Assembly (NCBI GenBank): GCA_964458055.1
Contig: CAYWGY010000002.1
Span: 1,508-33,551 of the forward strand
Source of the DNA: an uncultured Acidimicrobiaceae bacterium
GTDB taxonomy: Bacteria; Actinomycetota; Acidimicrobiia; Spongiisociales; ZC4RG35
Length of the DNA stretch: 32,044 nt
Direction of reading: 5' to 3'
The notes beneath the pieces were generated by a model, which was given only the letters and a program-made list of their open reading frames with translations, was not told the origin of the DNA and ran no database searches. The position numbers and the translations under genes were made by a program. This document shows, piece after piece, positions 15,922 through 24,161 of the stretch (the first letter of the stretch is position 1; every line of letters starts with the position of its first letter).

Positions 15922-17400
15922 ATGAGAGTTCCAACCGTCACGCCATCGTTCGACAGCTACATGGAGATGGCCGGACACTGCCCGGTGATTCCCGTGGCGG
16001 TGCAGTTGATGGGTGATCGCGAGACTCCCCTAACCGTCTTCCAGAAGATGGCGGGAGACGGCCCCGGGTTCCTATTCGAGTCGGTCGAGGGGGGAGAGCG
16101 TTGGGCTAGGTGGTCGTTCGTGGGATGGGATCCCGCTTCCATCCTGACCTCCCGGAACGGGGAGTGCGAAATCACCGGGTCCCGGATCGATTTGCCCGAG
16201 GGCGATCCGCTGGAGGTGCTGGAGCAGTTGCACCGGCGCTTCGCCCACCCTCACCTGCCGGGATTCCCGCCTCTCTATTCGGGAATGGTGGGGTACCTGG
16301 GATATGACTGCGTGCGTTACGTGGAGCATCTTCCCGACCGGCCTCCCGATGATCGGGGCCTACCCGAGATGCTCTGGCACTTTGTGGGCGGACTGGCGGC
16401 CATCGACCGTTTCACCCAGACCATCACCTTGATGAGGAACATCTACGTGGGGGCCGATCCGGAAGCCGACTATCGGGAAGCGGTGGACCTGTTGTTCTCG
16501 GACATGGCACGGCTGGCGGCTCCCCTCGAATACGAACTCCAGCCCAGCCGGGCCGAGTTGCCCGGCAAGCCCGAGTTCGTATCAACCTTCACCCGACCCG
16601 AGTATGAGGCGGCCGTTGTCAAGGCCCGAGACTACGTGTGGGCCGGAGATGTCTTCCAGGTGCTTCCCAGCCAGCGTTTGACCGTGCCCTTCTCGGGAGA
16701 CAGCTTCGAGATCTACCGTGCGCTCCGCCTCATCAACCCCTCGCCCTACCTCTTCTATGTCCGGTCGCCGGGAGTGGAGGTGGTGGGCTCCTCTCCGGAG
16801 TTGATGACCCGGGTGCGGGACGGCAAGGTCTATTCCCGGCCCATCGCCGGAACCCGTCCCCGGGGGGCCACCCCAGAAGAGGACGCCGCCCTGGCAGAGG
16901 AACTCCTGGCAGATCCCAAGGAGCGGGCGGAGCATGTGATGCTCATCGACCTGGCCCGCAACGACGTGGGGCGGGTGTGCGAGTTCGGGACCGTGGCGGT
17001 GGACGATCTGATGGTGATCGAACGCTACAGCCACGTGATGCACATCGTCTCCGCGGTCTCGGGAACCCTCCGGCCCGAGGTGGGTCCCGTTGACGTGCTG
17101 CGGGCGACCTTCCCGCACGGGACCGTCTCGGGTGCTCCCAAGGTCCGGGCCATGGAGATCATCGACGAGTTGGAGCCGGTGGCGCGAGGCCCCTACGCCG
17201 GCGCCGTCGGGTACATCGACTTCTCGGGGACCATGGACACCGCCATATGCCTGCGGAGCGTGATCGTGGCCGACGGTTCGGCCTGGGTTCAGGCGGGAGG
17301 TGGAGTGGTGGCCGACAGCCTCCCCGGCTTCGAGTACGAGGAGACCATGAACAAGGCGGCCGCACCCCTGGTGGCGATCGCAATGGCCACCAGTGAGTGA
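15922..17400 (+). CDS. trpE: anthranilate synthase component I
   Basis: 492 aa. Contains LFESVEGGERWARWSF (Trp-feedback region), IAGTRPRG, GAPKVRAMEIIDELE and RGPYAGAVGYIDFSG..DTAICLRS. Confidence 0.92.
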   Translation: MRVPTVTPSFDSYMEMAGHCPVIPVAVQLMGDRETPLTVFQKMAGDGPGFLFESVEGGERWARWSFVGWDPASILTSRNGECEITGSRIDLPEGDPLEVLEQLHRRFAHPHLPGFPPLYSGMVGYLGYDCVRYVEHLPDRPPDDRGLPEMLWHFVGGLAAIDRFTQTITLMRNIYVGADPEADYREAVDLLFSDMARLAAPLEYELQPSRAELPGKPEFVSTFTRPEYEAAVVKARDYVWAGDVFQVLPSQRLTVPFSGDSFEIYRALRLINPSPYLFYVRSPGVEVVGSSPELMTRVRDGKVYSRPIAGTRPRGATPEEDAALAEELLADPKERAEHVMLIDLARNDVGRVCEFGTVAVDDLMVIERYSHVMHIVSAVSGTLRPEVGPVDVLRATFPHGTVSGAPKVRAMEIIDELEPVARGPYAGAVGYIDFSGTMDTAICLRSVIVADGSAWVQAGGGVVADSLPGFEYEETMNKAAAPLVAIAMATSE

Positions 17401-18364
17401 TCGGAGCCCGGTGGTCCCGGACGCAGGGGCGCCCTCGGGCGGGTTGGCAGAGAGCTTCGGGGATGTCACGGGCGAATATCTGGCGCTCAGAAGCGGGTGC
17501 GGATTGGTTTCCGGGGAGTGGGAGGCGGTGTGGGTGGAACGTCCCGACGCGGTCTCCTTCATCCAGGGGCTGGTCAGCGCCGATGTGGAGTCCCTTCCGG
17601 AGGGAGAGGTGTGCCGCTCCTTTTTCCTGACCCCCCGGGGGATGATCCGCCTGATGCTCTGGGTGCTGAAAGACGACCGGGGTCTGGGGTTCATTTGTGA
17701 GCCGGGTGGGGGTGCTGAACTGGCTGAAACTCTCGAGTACTACCGGATACGCATTAAGGCGAGGGTCCTTCTCGACCCGCGGCCGGTGTCGGCGGTGGTG
17801 GGCCCCGGATCGCCGTGGACGGATGATCTGGGCGACAACGGATGGGCCCGTCACGATGATGACTTCCGAGCCTCGGCGCCTCTGGCCGGGCTTCCCCGGG
17901 TCTTTTTCACAGGAGATCCTGCCGAAGGGATTCGACGGGCGGGAGCGTTGGCATGGCGGGCGGTGCGGGTGGAATCCGGTGAGCCCACCGTGAGCCGGGA
18001 CCTGAACCAGCGCACCATTCCCCAGGAAACCGGGCAGCTGGCGGAGGACTCCATCTCCTTCACCAAGGGGTGCTTCCTGGGCCAGGAACTGGTGGCCCGC
18101 ATCGACAGCCGGGGGAGGGTGAACCGCACCCTGCGGGGACTGGAGGTGAGGACCAACATCCTCCCTCCCGAAGGAGCAGAGGTCCGAAGGGACGGCAAAG
18201 TGGTGGGGAAGATCACCTCGGTCGCCGAATCGCTGGAAGTGCGCGCCCCGGTGGGACTGTCGCTGGTCAGGAGAGGAACAGATCCCGGCGACGAAGTGAC
18301 CATCCGCTGGGACGGAGGCGAGGCGCCCGCGGTGGTGCGAGAGCTACCGTTGGTGGCTGTCTAG
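17393..18364 (+). CDS. ygfZ: YgfZ/CAF17-type folate-binding protein (GcvT-like fold)
   Basis: Signature KGCFLGQELVARIDSRGRVNR (K-G-C-[YF]-x-G-Q-E). The GTG start overlaps the trpE stop (GTGAGTGA). Confidence 0.8.
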   Translation: MSDRSPVVPDAGAPSGGLAESFGDVTGEYLALRSGCGLVSGEWEAVWVERPDAVSFIQGLVSADVESLPEGEVCRSFFLTPRGMIRLMLWVLKDDRGLGFICEPGGGAELAETLEYYRIRIKARVLLDPRPVSAVVGPGSPWTDDLGDNGWARHDDDFRASAPLAGLPRVFFTGDPAEGIRRAGALAWRAVRVESGEPTVSRDLNQRTIPQETGQLAEDSISFTKGCFLGQELVARIDSRGRVNRTLRGLEVRTNILPPEGAEVRRDGKVVGKITSVAESLEVRAPVGLSLVRRGTDPGDEVTIRWDGGEAPAVVRELPLVAV

Positions 18365-18399
18365 AACGATTGCTGCTTGGCAACCTGCAGGCAGTGGTG

Positions 18400-18427
18400 T
18401 TGCAATGTGCATTTGTCTTGTTATCGT
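18400..18427 (+). promoter_or_regulatory. candidate promoter for vapBC (TTGCAA-N16-TATCGT)
   Basis: TTGCAA at 18400-18405 and TATCGT at 18422-18427 with a 16-nt spacer. The -10 ends 10 nt before the vapB ATG (18438), implying a near-leaderless transcript. It lies in a locally AT-richer patch. Pattern match only. Confidence 0.3.
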
Positions 18428-18437
18428 TTTGCGACCC

Positions 18438-18659
18438 ATGAAGACCTTGTATTTGCGAAATGTTCCTGACGAGGTTGCCGAGCGGATCAAGGCACTCACA
18501 GATCGGGAGGGCATGTCGGTTTCCGCCTTCGCCCTGCGGGAACTCGCGCTGATCTCACGTAGGGCTGACAACGCCGCCATTCTTGCCGGCCTCCCCGACT
18601 CGGGCGTTTCCAGGGCGGCGATTCTCTCCGCTCTGAAGGAGGGGCGCGCCCGCCGGTGA
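18438..18659 (+). CDS. vapB: ribbon-helix-helix antitoxin (VapB/FitA-like)
   Basis: MKTLYLRNVPDEVAERIKALTDREGMSVSAFALRELA is the classic RHH antitoxin N-terminus. The stop TGA overlaps the GTG of the downstream PIN ORF (GTGA at 18656-18659). Confidence 0.65.
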   Translation: MKTLYLRNVPDEVAERIKALTDREGMSVSAFALRELALISRRADNAAILAGLPDSGVSRAAILSALKEGRARR

Positions 18660-19043
18660 TTGTGGCGGACGCCTCGGCGGCTGTGGAAGCTCTGATGTCA
18701 CCGGGGGAAGCCCGGAGGAGACTCAACCTGGAGAATGTGGCGGCGCCGCACCTGATCGATTCGCAAAGTGTGCCACTCCTTGCGGCGCATGTTGCGGCTC
18801 GGCCACATCAGCAGGCTCGAAGCGGAGCTGTCCCTGCGGCATTGGGTCCGGTTGGGGCTGCAACGTGTCGGCGTGGTGGGTCTTCTCGACCGTGTTTGGG
18901 AACTAAGGGACAACCTCTCCTCATATGACGCAACGTATGTAGCCCTTGCCGAGGCGCTGGATTGCCCTCTCCTGACCGCGGATGCACACCTTGCGAGGGC
19001 GCCCGGACTTCATTGCGCCATAACCGTTCTGCCGCCCCGCTAG
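18656..19043 (+). pseudogene. vapC: PIN-domain toxin VapC interrupted by a +1 frameshift
   Basis: ORF 18656.. begins VIVADASAAVEAL...APHLIDSQ, a PIN N-terminus with Asp5. The rest of the PIN domain (HSLRRMLRLGHIS...WELRDNLSSYDATYVALAEALDCPLLTADAHLARA) continues in the frame of ORF 18768..19043. The span is 388 nt (3n+1). The break is near the tcgcaaagtg run at 18761-18770. Confidence 0.7.
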
Positions 19044-19107
19044 GTGGTCCTGACGATGCCCTCAACCCTGCCGGGTCGACTCAAGCAGCCATTGCCGGTC
19101 ATCTAGC

Positions 19108-20109
19108 ATGGAGGGGATGCACAGGCAGGAGTTGGATCAGAACGGCAAGGTCGGACTCTACCGACGGATGTATCTGATCCGCCGGTTCGAGGAACGGGCG
19201 GCCCATCTGCGCCAACAGGGGTTCATTCCCGGTTTCCTGCATCCCTACGTGGGGCAGGAGGCGGTGGCGGTGGGGGTTTGCGCGGCGCTGGAAGAGGGAG
19301 ATGTGATCACCAGCACCCATCGCGGCCACGGGCACATGCTGGCCCGGGGCGCCGACCCGGCGAGGATGTACGCCGAGTTGTATGCCCGACAGGACGGGTA
19401 CAACCGGGCCAAGGGCGGGTCTCTGCACATGATCGATGTCGAACTCGGGTTCCTGGGGGCCAACGGCATAGTGGGTGGGGGAATCCCGCTGGCGACGGGC
19501 GCGGCTCTCCAGAAGAAGCGGGAGGGCAAGGGTCGGGTGGCCGTTTCCTTCTTCGGGGACGGCGCCACCAACGAGGGCAGCTTTCACGAGTCCCTGAACC
19601 TGGCTTCGCTATGGTCGCTGCCGGTGGTGTACGTGTGCGAGAACAACTTCTACGGCGAGTTCACGCCCCAGCACAAGCACCAGCCCATCACCGAGATCGC
19701 CAGGCGGGCCGACTCCTACGCCATGGAGGGAGTGGTGGTGGAGGGCAACTACGTCCTGGAGGTGCGGCGGGCGACGCTCGATGCGGTCGAGAGAGCCCGG
19801 GAGGGTGGAGGACCGACCCTGATCGAGGCGAGAACCTACCGCCACCGGGGCCACTACGAGGGCGACATGGCCCGCTACCGTCCGCCCGGTGAGTTGGAGG
19901 AGTGGATGGCCCGGGACCCTTTGAGGGTCTTCGAGGAATTGCTGGGCTCCCAGGGGACCGGAGACTCGGACCTGGCGCCCGTGCGGGACTCGGTGGAGGC
20001 GCAACTGGACGAAGCCGCCCGGTTTGCCGAACAGAGCCCCCATCCCCGGCCTGAGGAGGCCATGGAGGATGTGTACGTGGAGAGCTACTCGGGAAGGGCA
20101 CTCAGATGA
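19108..20109 (+). CDS. TPP-dependent 2-oxoacid/acetoin dehydrogenase E1 component, alpha subunit
   Basis: TPP-binding motif GDGATNEGSFHESLNLASLWSLPVVYVCENNFYG. N-terminal YRRMYLIRRFEE and HRGHGH. 333 aa. Confidence 0.9.
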   Translation: MEGMHRQELDQNGKVGLYRRMYLIRRFEERAAHLRQQGFIPGFLHPYVGQEAVAVGVCAALEEGDVITSTHRGHGHMLARGADPARMYAELYARQDGYNRAKGGSLHMIDVELGFLGANGIVGGGIPLATGAALQKKREGKGRVAVSFFGDGATNEGSFHESLNLASLWSLPVVYVCENNFYGEFTPQHKHQPITEIARRADSYAMEGVVVEGNYVLEVRRATLDAVERAREGGGPTLIEARTYRHRGHYEGDMARYRPPGELEEWMARDPLRVFEELLGSQGTGDSDLAPVRDSVEAQLDEAARFAEQSPHPRPEEAMEDVYVESYSGRALR

Positions 20110-21077
20110 GAAGACTCCGTTACGGTGCCGCCATCACCGAGGCTCTGGCCGAGGAGATGGAGAGGGATCCCGATGTCTTCCTGATCGGAGAGGACATAGG
20201 TGAGGCGGGCGGCGTCTTCGGGGTCACCCGGGGACTAATGAAGCGCTTCGGACCGGACCGGGTGTGGGACACGCCCATCTCCGAGGAGGCCATCGTGGGC
20301 GCTGCGGTGGGCTCTGCCCTGGTGGGCGCCCGACCGGTAGTGGAGGTGATGTTCGGGGACTTCGTCACCCTGGCGATGGACATGTTGGTCAATCAGGCAG
20401 CCAAGACCTCCTACATGACCGGGGGGAGGATCGGGGTCCCGGTGACGGTGAGGATGGTCACCGGTACCGCGGGGGCAACTGCCGGACAACACTCACAGAG
20501 CCTGGAGGCCTGGTTCGTCCACACCCCGGGATTGAAAGTGGTGGCGCCCTCGACTCCGGCGGACGCCAAGGCTCTGACCAAGGCAGCCATCCGTGATCCC
20601 GATCCGGTGATGGTCTTCGAGCACAAACTCCTCTACGGTGTGAGCGAGCAGGTCCCCGACCGGGTGGACCCGCTCCCTCTGGGGGTGGGAAGGGTGGCCC
20701 GCCAGGGAGACGATGTGACTGTGGTGTCCTACCTGCACACCCTCCACGCCGCTCTGGAGGCCGCGGAGATGCTGGCGGAGGAGGGTGTTTCCGTAGAAGT
20801 GCTGGATCCCCGCTCGCTGGTGCCTTTCGACCGGGATCTGCTGGCCGATTCGCTGGCCAAGACCGGGCGGCTGGTGGTGGCGCACGAGGCTCCCGGGCGG
20901 GGAGGGGTCGGCGCCGAGATAGCCGCCATCGCTTCCGGGGAGATGTGGGATCTGCTCCGGGCCCCGGTGACCCGGGTGTGCGGAACCAACACACCCATGC
21001 CCTACGCGCCCGAGTTGGAAGGGTTCGTCATTCCCGACGCCCGAAGAATTGCAGGGAGCATCCGCGCCCTGGTGTAG
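20106..21077 (+). CDS. 2-oxoacid/acetoin dehydrogenase E1 component, beta subunit
   Basis: ITEALAEEMERDPDVFLIGEDIG..GGVFGVTRGL...DTPISEEAIVGAAVG.A..G.RPVVEVMF is typical of E1 beta. ATGA overlap with E1 alpha. Confidence 0.9.
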   Translation: MRRLRYGAAITEALAEEMERDPDVFLIGEDIGEAGGVFGVTRGLMKRFGPDRVWDTPISEEAIVGAAVGSALVGARPVVEVMFGDFVTLAMDMLVNQAAKTSYMTGGRIGVPVTVRMVTGTAGATAGQHSQSLEAWFVHTPGLKVVAPSTPADAKALTKAAIRDPDPVMVFEHKLLYGVSEQVPDRVDPLPLGVGRVARQGDDVTVVSYLHTLHAALEAAEMLAEEGVSVEVLDPRSLVPFDRDLLADSLAKTGRLVVAHEAPGRGGVGAEIAAIASGEMWDLLRAPVTRVCGTNTPMPYAPELEGFVIPDARRIAGSIRALV

Positions 21078-21448
21078 CCGGCGGTTTCCAGTCCGGCGCC
21101 GTCGCAAGGCGAGGGACACGTTGAATGTGTGGCTTCCCTCCCCGGAATCACATCTCGGCCGGTCCGCCCTGTCCGGAAAGGAGTCCGCTTTCGGGAGGCA
21201 GACTCCTGCACATCCCCGGTCCGTGATAGCAGCCCTGGCAGCGTTTTCCGGTGCCGTTGTTGGTGTCTGTCCTGACCCCGGCGGCGCCACCGTGTTGGCT
21301 GTTTTGGGGGACATGGCTGATCTGCCCGATGGCCGGCTGCGGCGGTGCCGGGGCTGCCACCGGAGTGGGTTTTGGTGCAATTGGCGAAGAAGGCGGTAGC
21401 CTGCTCCCTTTCAGGCAAGCGTGAGCCTGGGGGAAGGAGACACCGGTT

Positions 21449-21682
21449 ATGGCCCAGAACATACTGATGCCCAAGTGGGGGTTGACCATGGAGGAGGGCA
21501 CGTTGGTCTCCTGGGAGATAGAAGTGGGCGACGAGATAGAGGTGGGGGATGTGATCGGAGTGGTGGAGACCGAGAAGGTGGAGGTGGACCTGGAGTCGCC
21601 CGTGGCCGGTACCGTGAAGGAACTACTGGTCACCGAGGACGAAACTGTGCCGGTCGGCGCCGTCCTGGCCACGGTTGTATAG
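21449..21682 (+). CDS. free-standing lipoyl-attachment domain protein (77 aa)
   Basis: MAQNILMPKWGLTMEEGTLVSWEIEVGDEIEVGDVIGVVETEKVEVDLESPVAGTVKELLV.E.ETVPVGAVLA is a complete E2-type lipoyl domain with the modifiable Lys in ETEK. GAAGGAGA lies 8 nt upstream of the ATG. The ORF stops right after the domain. Confidence 0.75.
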   Translation: MAQNILMPKWGLTMEEGTLVSWEIEVGDEIEVGDVIGVVETEKVEVDLESPVAGTVKELLVTEDETVPVGAVLATVV

Positions 21683-21698
21683 GCGGGAAGGAGCAAGA

Positions 21699-22475
21699 GT
21701 GGACACAACGAGCGAGAACACGAGTCTGTCCGGACAGGTGGCGATCGTCACCGGAGGGGCCCGCGCCATCGGGCGGGAGATATCGGAGAGTCTGGCATCA
21801 CGGGGAGCCGCCGTCGAGATCCTTGACCTGGCGCCCGCCGAGGAAACCGTGGAAGCCATCGGTGCCGCCGGCGGCAAGTCGGCGTACCAGGAGGTGGATG
21901 TCACCGACGAAGCGGGGGTGAAGGCCGCAGTGCGACAGGTGGCGGACCGGAATGGCCGCCTGGACATCCTCGTCAACAATGCCGGCCTGTTCGCGGGGAT
22001 CCCCCGCCGTCCCTTCTGGGAGATCGAGTTGGCGGAATGGCGCCGCGTCATGGAGGTGAACGTCGATTCCATCTTTCTGTTGTGCCGGGAGGCGCTCGAG
22101 CCGATGAAGGCGTCGGGCGGAGGCCGGGTGGTGAACCTCTCCTCCAATGTCATCACTTTCGGGATGGGCCACCTCATGCACTACGTTGCCTCCAAGGGGG
22201 CGGTGTCGGTCATGACCCGGAGCCTGGCCCGGGAGATGGGACCGTTCGGCATCTCCGTAAACGCCGTGGGGCCGGGTCTGGTCACCACCGAGATAACGAC
22301 TGCGGAGATACCGGAGAAGTACCTGAAACTGGTGGCCGAGGGACAGATGCTCACCCAGCCGATCCATCCTCCCGACATTGCCGAGGCGGTGGTGTTCCTG
22401 GCGTCGCCCGCGGCCCGGATGATCACCGGGCAGACGCTGTTCGTGAATGGGGGCGCCACCACCGGGGGAGTCTGA
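21699..22475 (+). CDS. SDR-family oxidoreductase (FabG/acetoin-reductase-like)
   Basis: VAIVTGGARAIGREI (TGxxxGIG), NNAG, and a catalytic YVASKGAV (YxxxK). I chose the GTG at 21699 after GGAAGGAGCA (the track starts at 21675, inside the lipoyl ORF). Confidence 0.85.
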   Translation: MDTTSENTSLSGQVAIVTGGARAIGREISESLASRGAAVEILDLAPAEETVEAIGAAGGKSAYQEVDVTDEAGVKAAVRQVADRNGRLDILVNNAGLFAGIPRRPFWEIELAEWRRVMEVNVDSIFLLCREALEPMKASGGGRVVNLSSNVITFGMGHLMHYVASKGAVSVMTRSLAREMGPFGISVNAVGPGLVTTEITTAEIPEKYLKLVAEGQMLTQPIHPPDIAEAVVFLASPAARMITGQTLFVNGGATTGGV

Positions 22476-23260
22476 TGAGATACGGGGTCAGCCTGCAGTT
22501 CATGTGGACCGAGTTGTCGTTTCCGGACCGGGTCCGCAAGGCTGCCTCGAGTGGTTTCGACCAGGTGGACCTCTGGGACTGGCGGGACGTCGACATCGAC
22601 GAACTCGGCGAGACCTGCCGCTCCGAGGGGATCGCTCTCGGCGGGTTCTTCGGTCACCGGCAGGGAGGCCTGGCCAATCCCGACCAGCACGGCCAGGTCC
22701 TCGAGGAACTTGCCCTGTCGGTGGAGGTGGCAGCGCGGGTGGGGGCCACGCAACTCCACACTTTCAGCGACGGCATCGGCCAGGGTGGGGTGATTGCCAA
22801 ACCGCCCCCTCTCACCTGGCAGGCCCGTTTCCAGGCGTGTCTCGACGGCCTGGGAGAGGCGGTGAGGTTGGTGGAGGGGACCGGGATCACCCTGGGAGTG
22901 GAGGCCATCAACAACGTGTATGTCCCCGGCTACTTCTGGGACGAGGTGGGCATCACGGTGGCCATCTGCCGGGCGCTGGACCATCCCCAAGTGAGGCTTG
23001 CATTCGATTGCTTCCACCAGCAACTCTCGGGAGGCAGGCTCACCGACAACCTTCTCGAAGCGCTGCCCTTCATGGGGAGGTTCGATGTCGCCGACGTCCC
23101 GGGCAGGGGCCAGCCCGGCAGCGGGGAGATCAACTACGCCCATCTGCGTCGCGTTCTGGAAAACGAGGGTTACGAGGGCCTGGTCTCCTTCGAGTTGGAC
23201 CCCGCTGGGGGCGACAGCGATGAGGCGGTCCGTGCCTGCCGGGAGGTATTCGGTTTCTAG
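22475..23260 (+). CDS. hydroxypyruvate isomerase (Hyi/OtnI)-family xylose-isomerase-like TIM-barrel protein
   Basis: Internal ATG of ORF 22037..23260, overlapping the SDR stop (TGATG). MRYGVSLQFMW...GFDQVDLW...LGVEAIN...FDCFHQQL...DVADVPGRGQPGSGEINYAHL...GYEGLVSFE parallels E. coli Hyi (IADNPHRGEPGTGEINYDYLF). Confidence 0.8.
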   Translation: MRYGVSLQFMWTELSFPDRVRKAASSGFDQVDLWDWRDVDIDELGETCRSEGIALGGFFGHRQGGLANPDQHGQVLEELALSVEVAARVGATQLHTFSDGIGQGGVIAKPPPLTWQARFQACLDGLGEAVRLVEGTGITLGVEAINNVYVPGYFWDEVGITVAICRALDHPQVRLAFDCFHQQLSGGRLTDNLLEALPFMGRFDVADVPGRGQPGSGEINYAHLRRVLENEGYEGLVSFELDPAGGDSDEAVRACREVFGF

Positions 23261-23362
23261 ACGGGCTGCGGGCCCGCGTCGATCCGGCGCAGCAACCTTC
23301 GCCCGGTCGATGCAGGACCCAGGGACCGCCGATTCCGGGTTGGTGGGGCTCGATAGGGGTCG

Positions 23363-23390
23363 TCCGATCATCGGAGCGTTTGCATAGAAT
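23363..23390 (+). promoter_or_regulatory. 13-bp perfect palindrome TCCGAT-C-ATCGGA plus TAGAAT -10-like box upstream of trpC
   Basis: TCCGATCATCGGA at 23363-23375 and TAGAAT at 23385-23390. The trpC ATGs are at 23394 and 23400. Pattern only; no convincing -35. Confidence 0.25.
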
Positions 23391-23393
23391 CGG

Positions 23394-24161
23394 ATGACGA
23401 TGCTGGAACCGATCCTCGCCTCGACCTCCAAGCGGATAGCTGCACTGAAGCGCTCATCCCAGGGTGAGGCTCGGGTCCGGGAATCTCCCCGCGATTTCGA
23501 AGAGGCCCTGGGAGGCCCCGGTCTGGCGGTGATCGGAGAAGTCAAGCGACGTTCGCCTTCCCGGGGAGTGCTGGCTGCCGGATTGGATGCCGTGGAGCAG
23601 GCCCGTGTTTATGCGCGGGCGGGAGCGGCGGCCGTGTCCGTGCTCACCGAGCCGGACCACTTCGACGGCTCCAATGAGGACTTGACCTCGGTGGTGGAAG
23701 CCGTGGAAATCCCGGTCCTGCGAAAGGACTTCATCTTGGATCCCGCCCAGGTGTGGGAGTCGGCTCGTATCGGCGCCGACGCCCTGTTGCTGATCGTGGC
23801 GATTCTCGACGACAGGCGACTGGGGGAGCTTCTGGCCGAGACCGCCGCGTGCGGGTTGGCGGCTCTGGTCGAGGTCCACGACGCAGCAGAGGCCGAGCGG
23901 GCTCTGTCGGCCGGCGCTCGGATTGTGGGCGTGAACAACCGGGACCTGCGCAGCTTCCATGTGGACCTCGGAACGGCCAAGGACCTGGCGCCGTTGCTGG
24001 CCGGCGCCTCGGTGCGGATAGCAGAGAGTGGAATCCACGATGCCGAACAGGCGGCAGAGATGGCGGAGGCGGGTTACGACGCCGTCCTGGTGGGCGAGGC
24101 CCTGGTGAGGGCTTGCGATCCGGGCGGGCTGGTCGCGCGGATGAGGGGTGTCCCGGTCTGA
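23394..24161 (+). CDS. trpC: indole-3-glycerol-phosphate synthase
   Basis: VIGEVKRRSPSRG, VLTEPDHFDGS, PVLRKDFI, LLIVAIL and VGVNNRDLRSF are IGPS signature segments. Confidence 0.9.
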   Translation: MTMLEPILASTSKRIAALKRSSQGEARVRESPRDFEEALGGPGLAVIGEVKRRSPSRGVLAAGLDAVEQARVYARAGAAAVSVLTEPDHFDGSNEDLTSVVEAVEIPVLRKDFILDPAQVWESARIGADALLLIVAILDDRRLGELLAETAACGLAALVEVHDAAEAERALSAGARIVGVNNRDLRSFHVDLGTAKDLAPLLAGASVRIAESGIHDAEQAAEMAEAGYDAVLVGEALVRACDPGGLVARMRGVPV

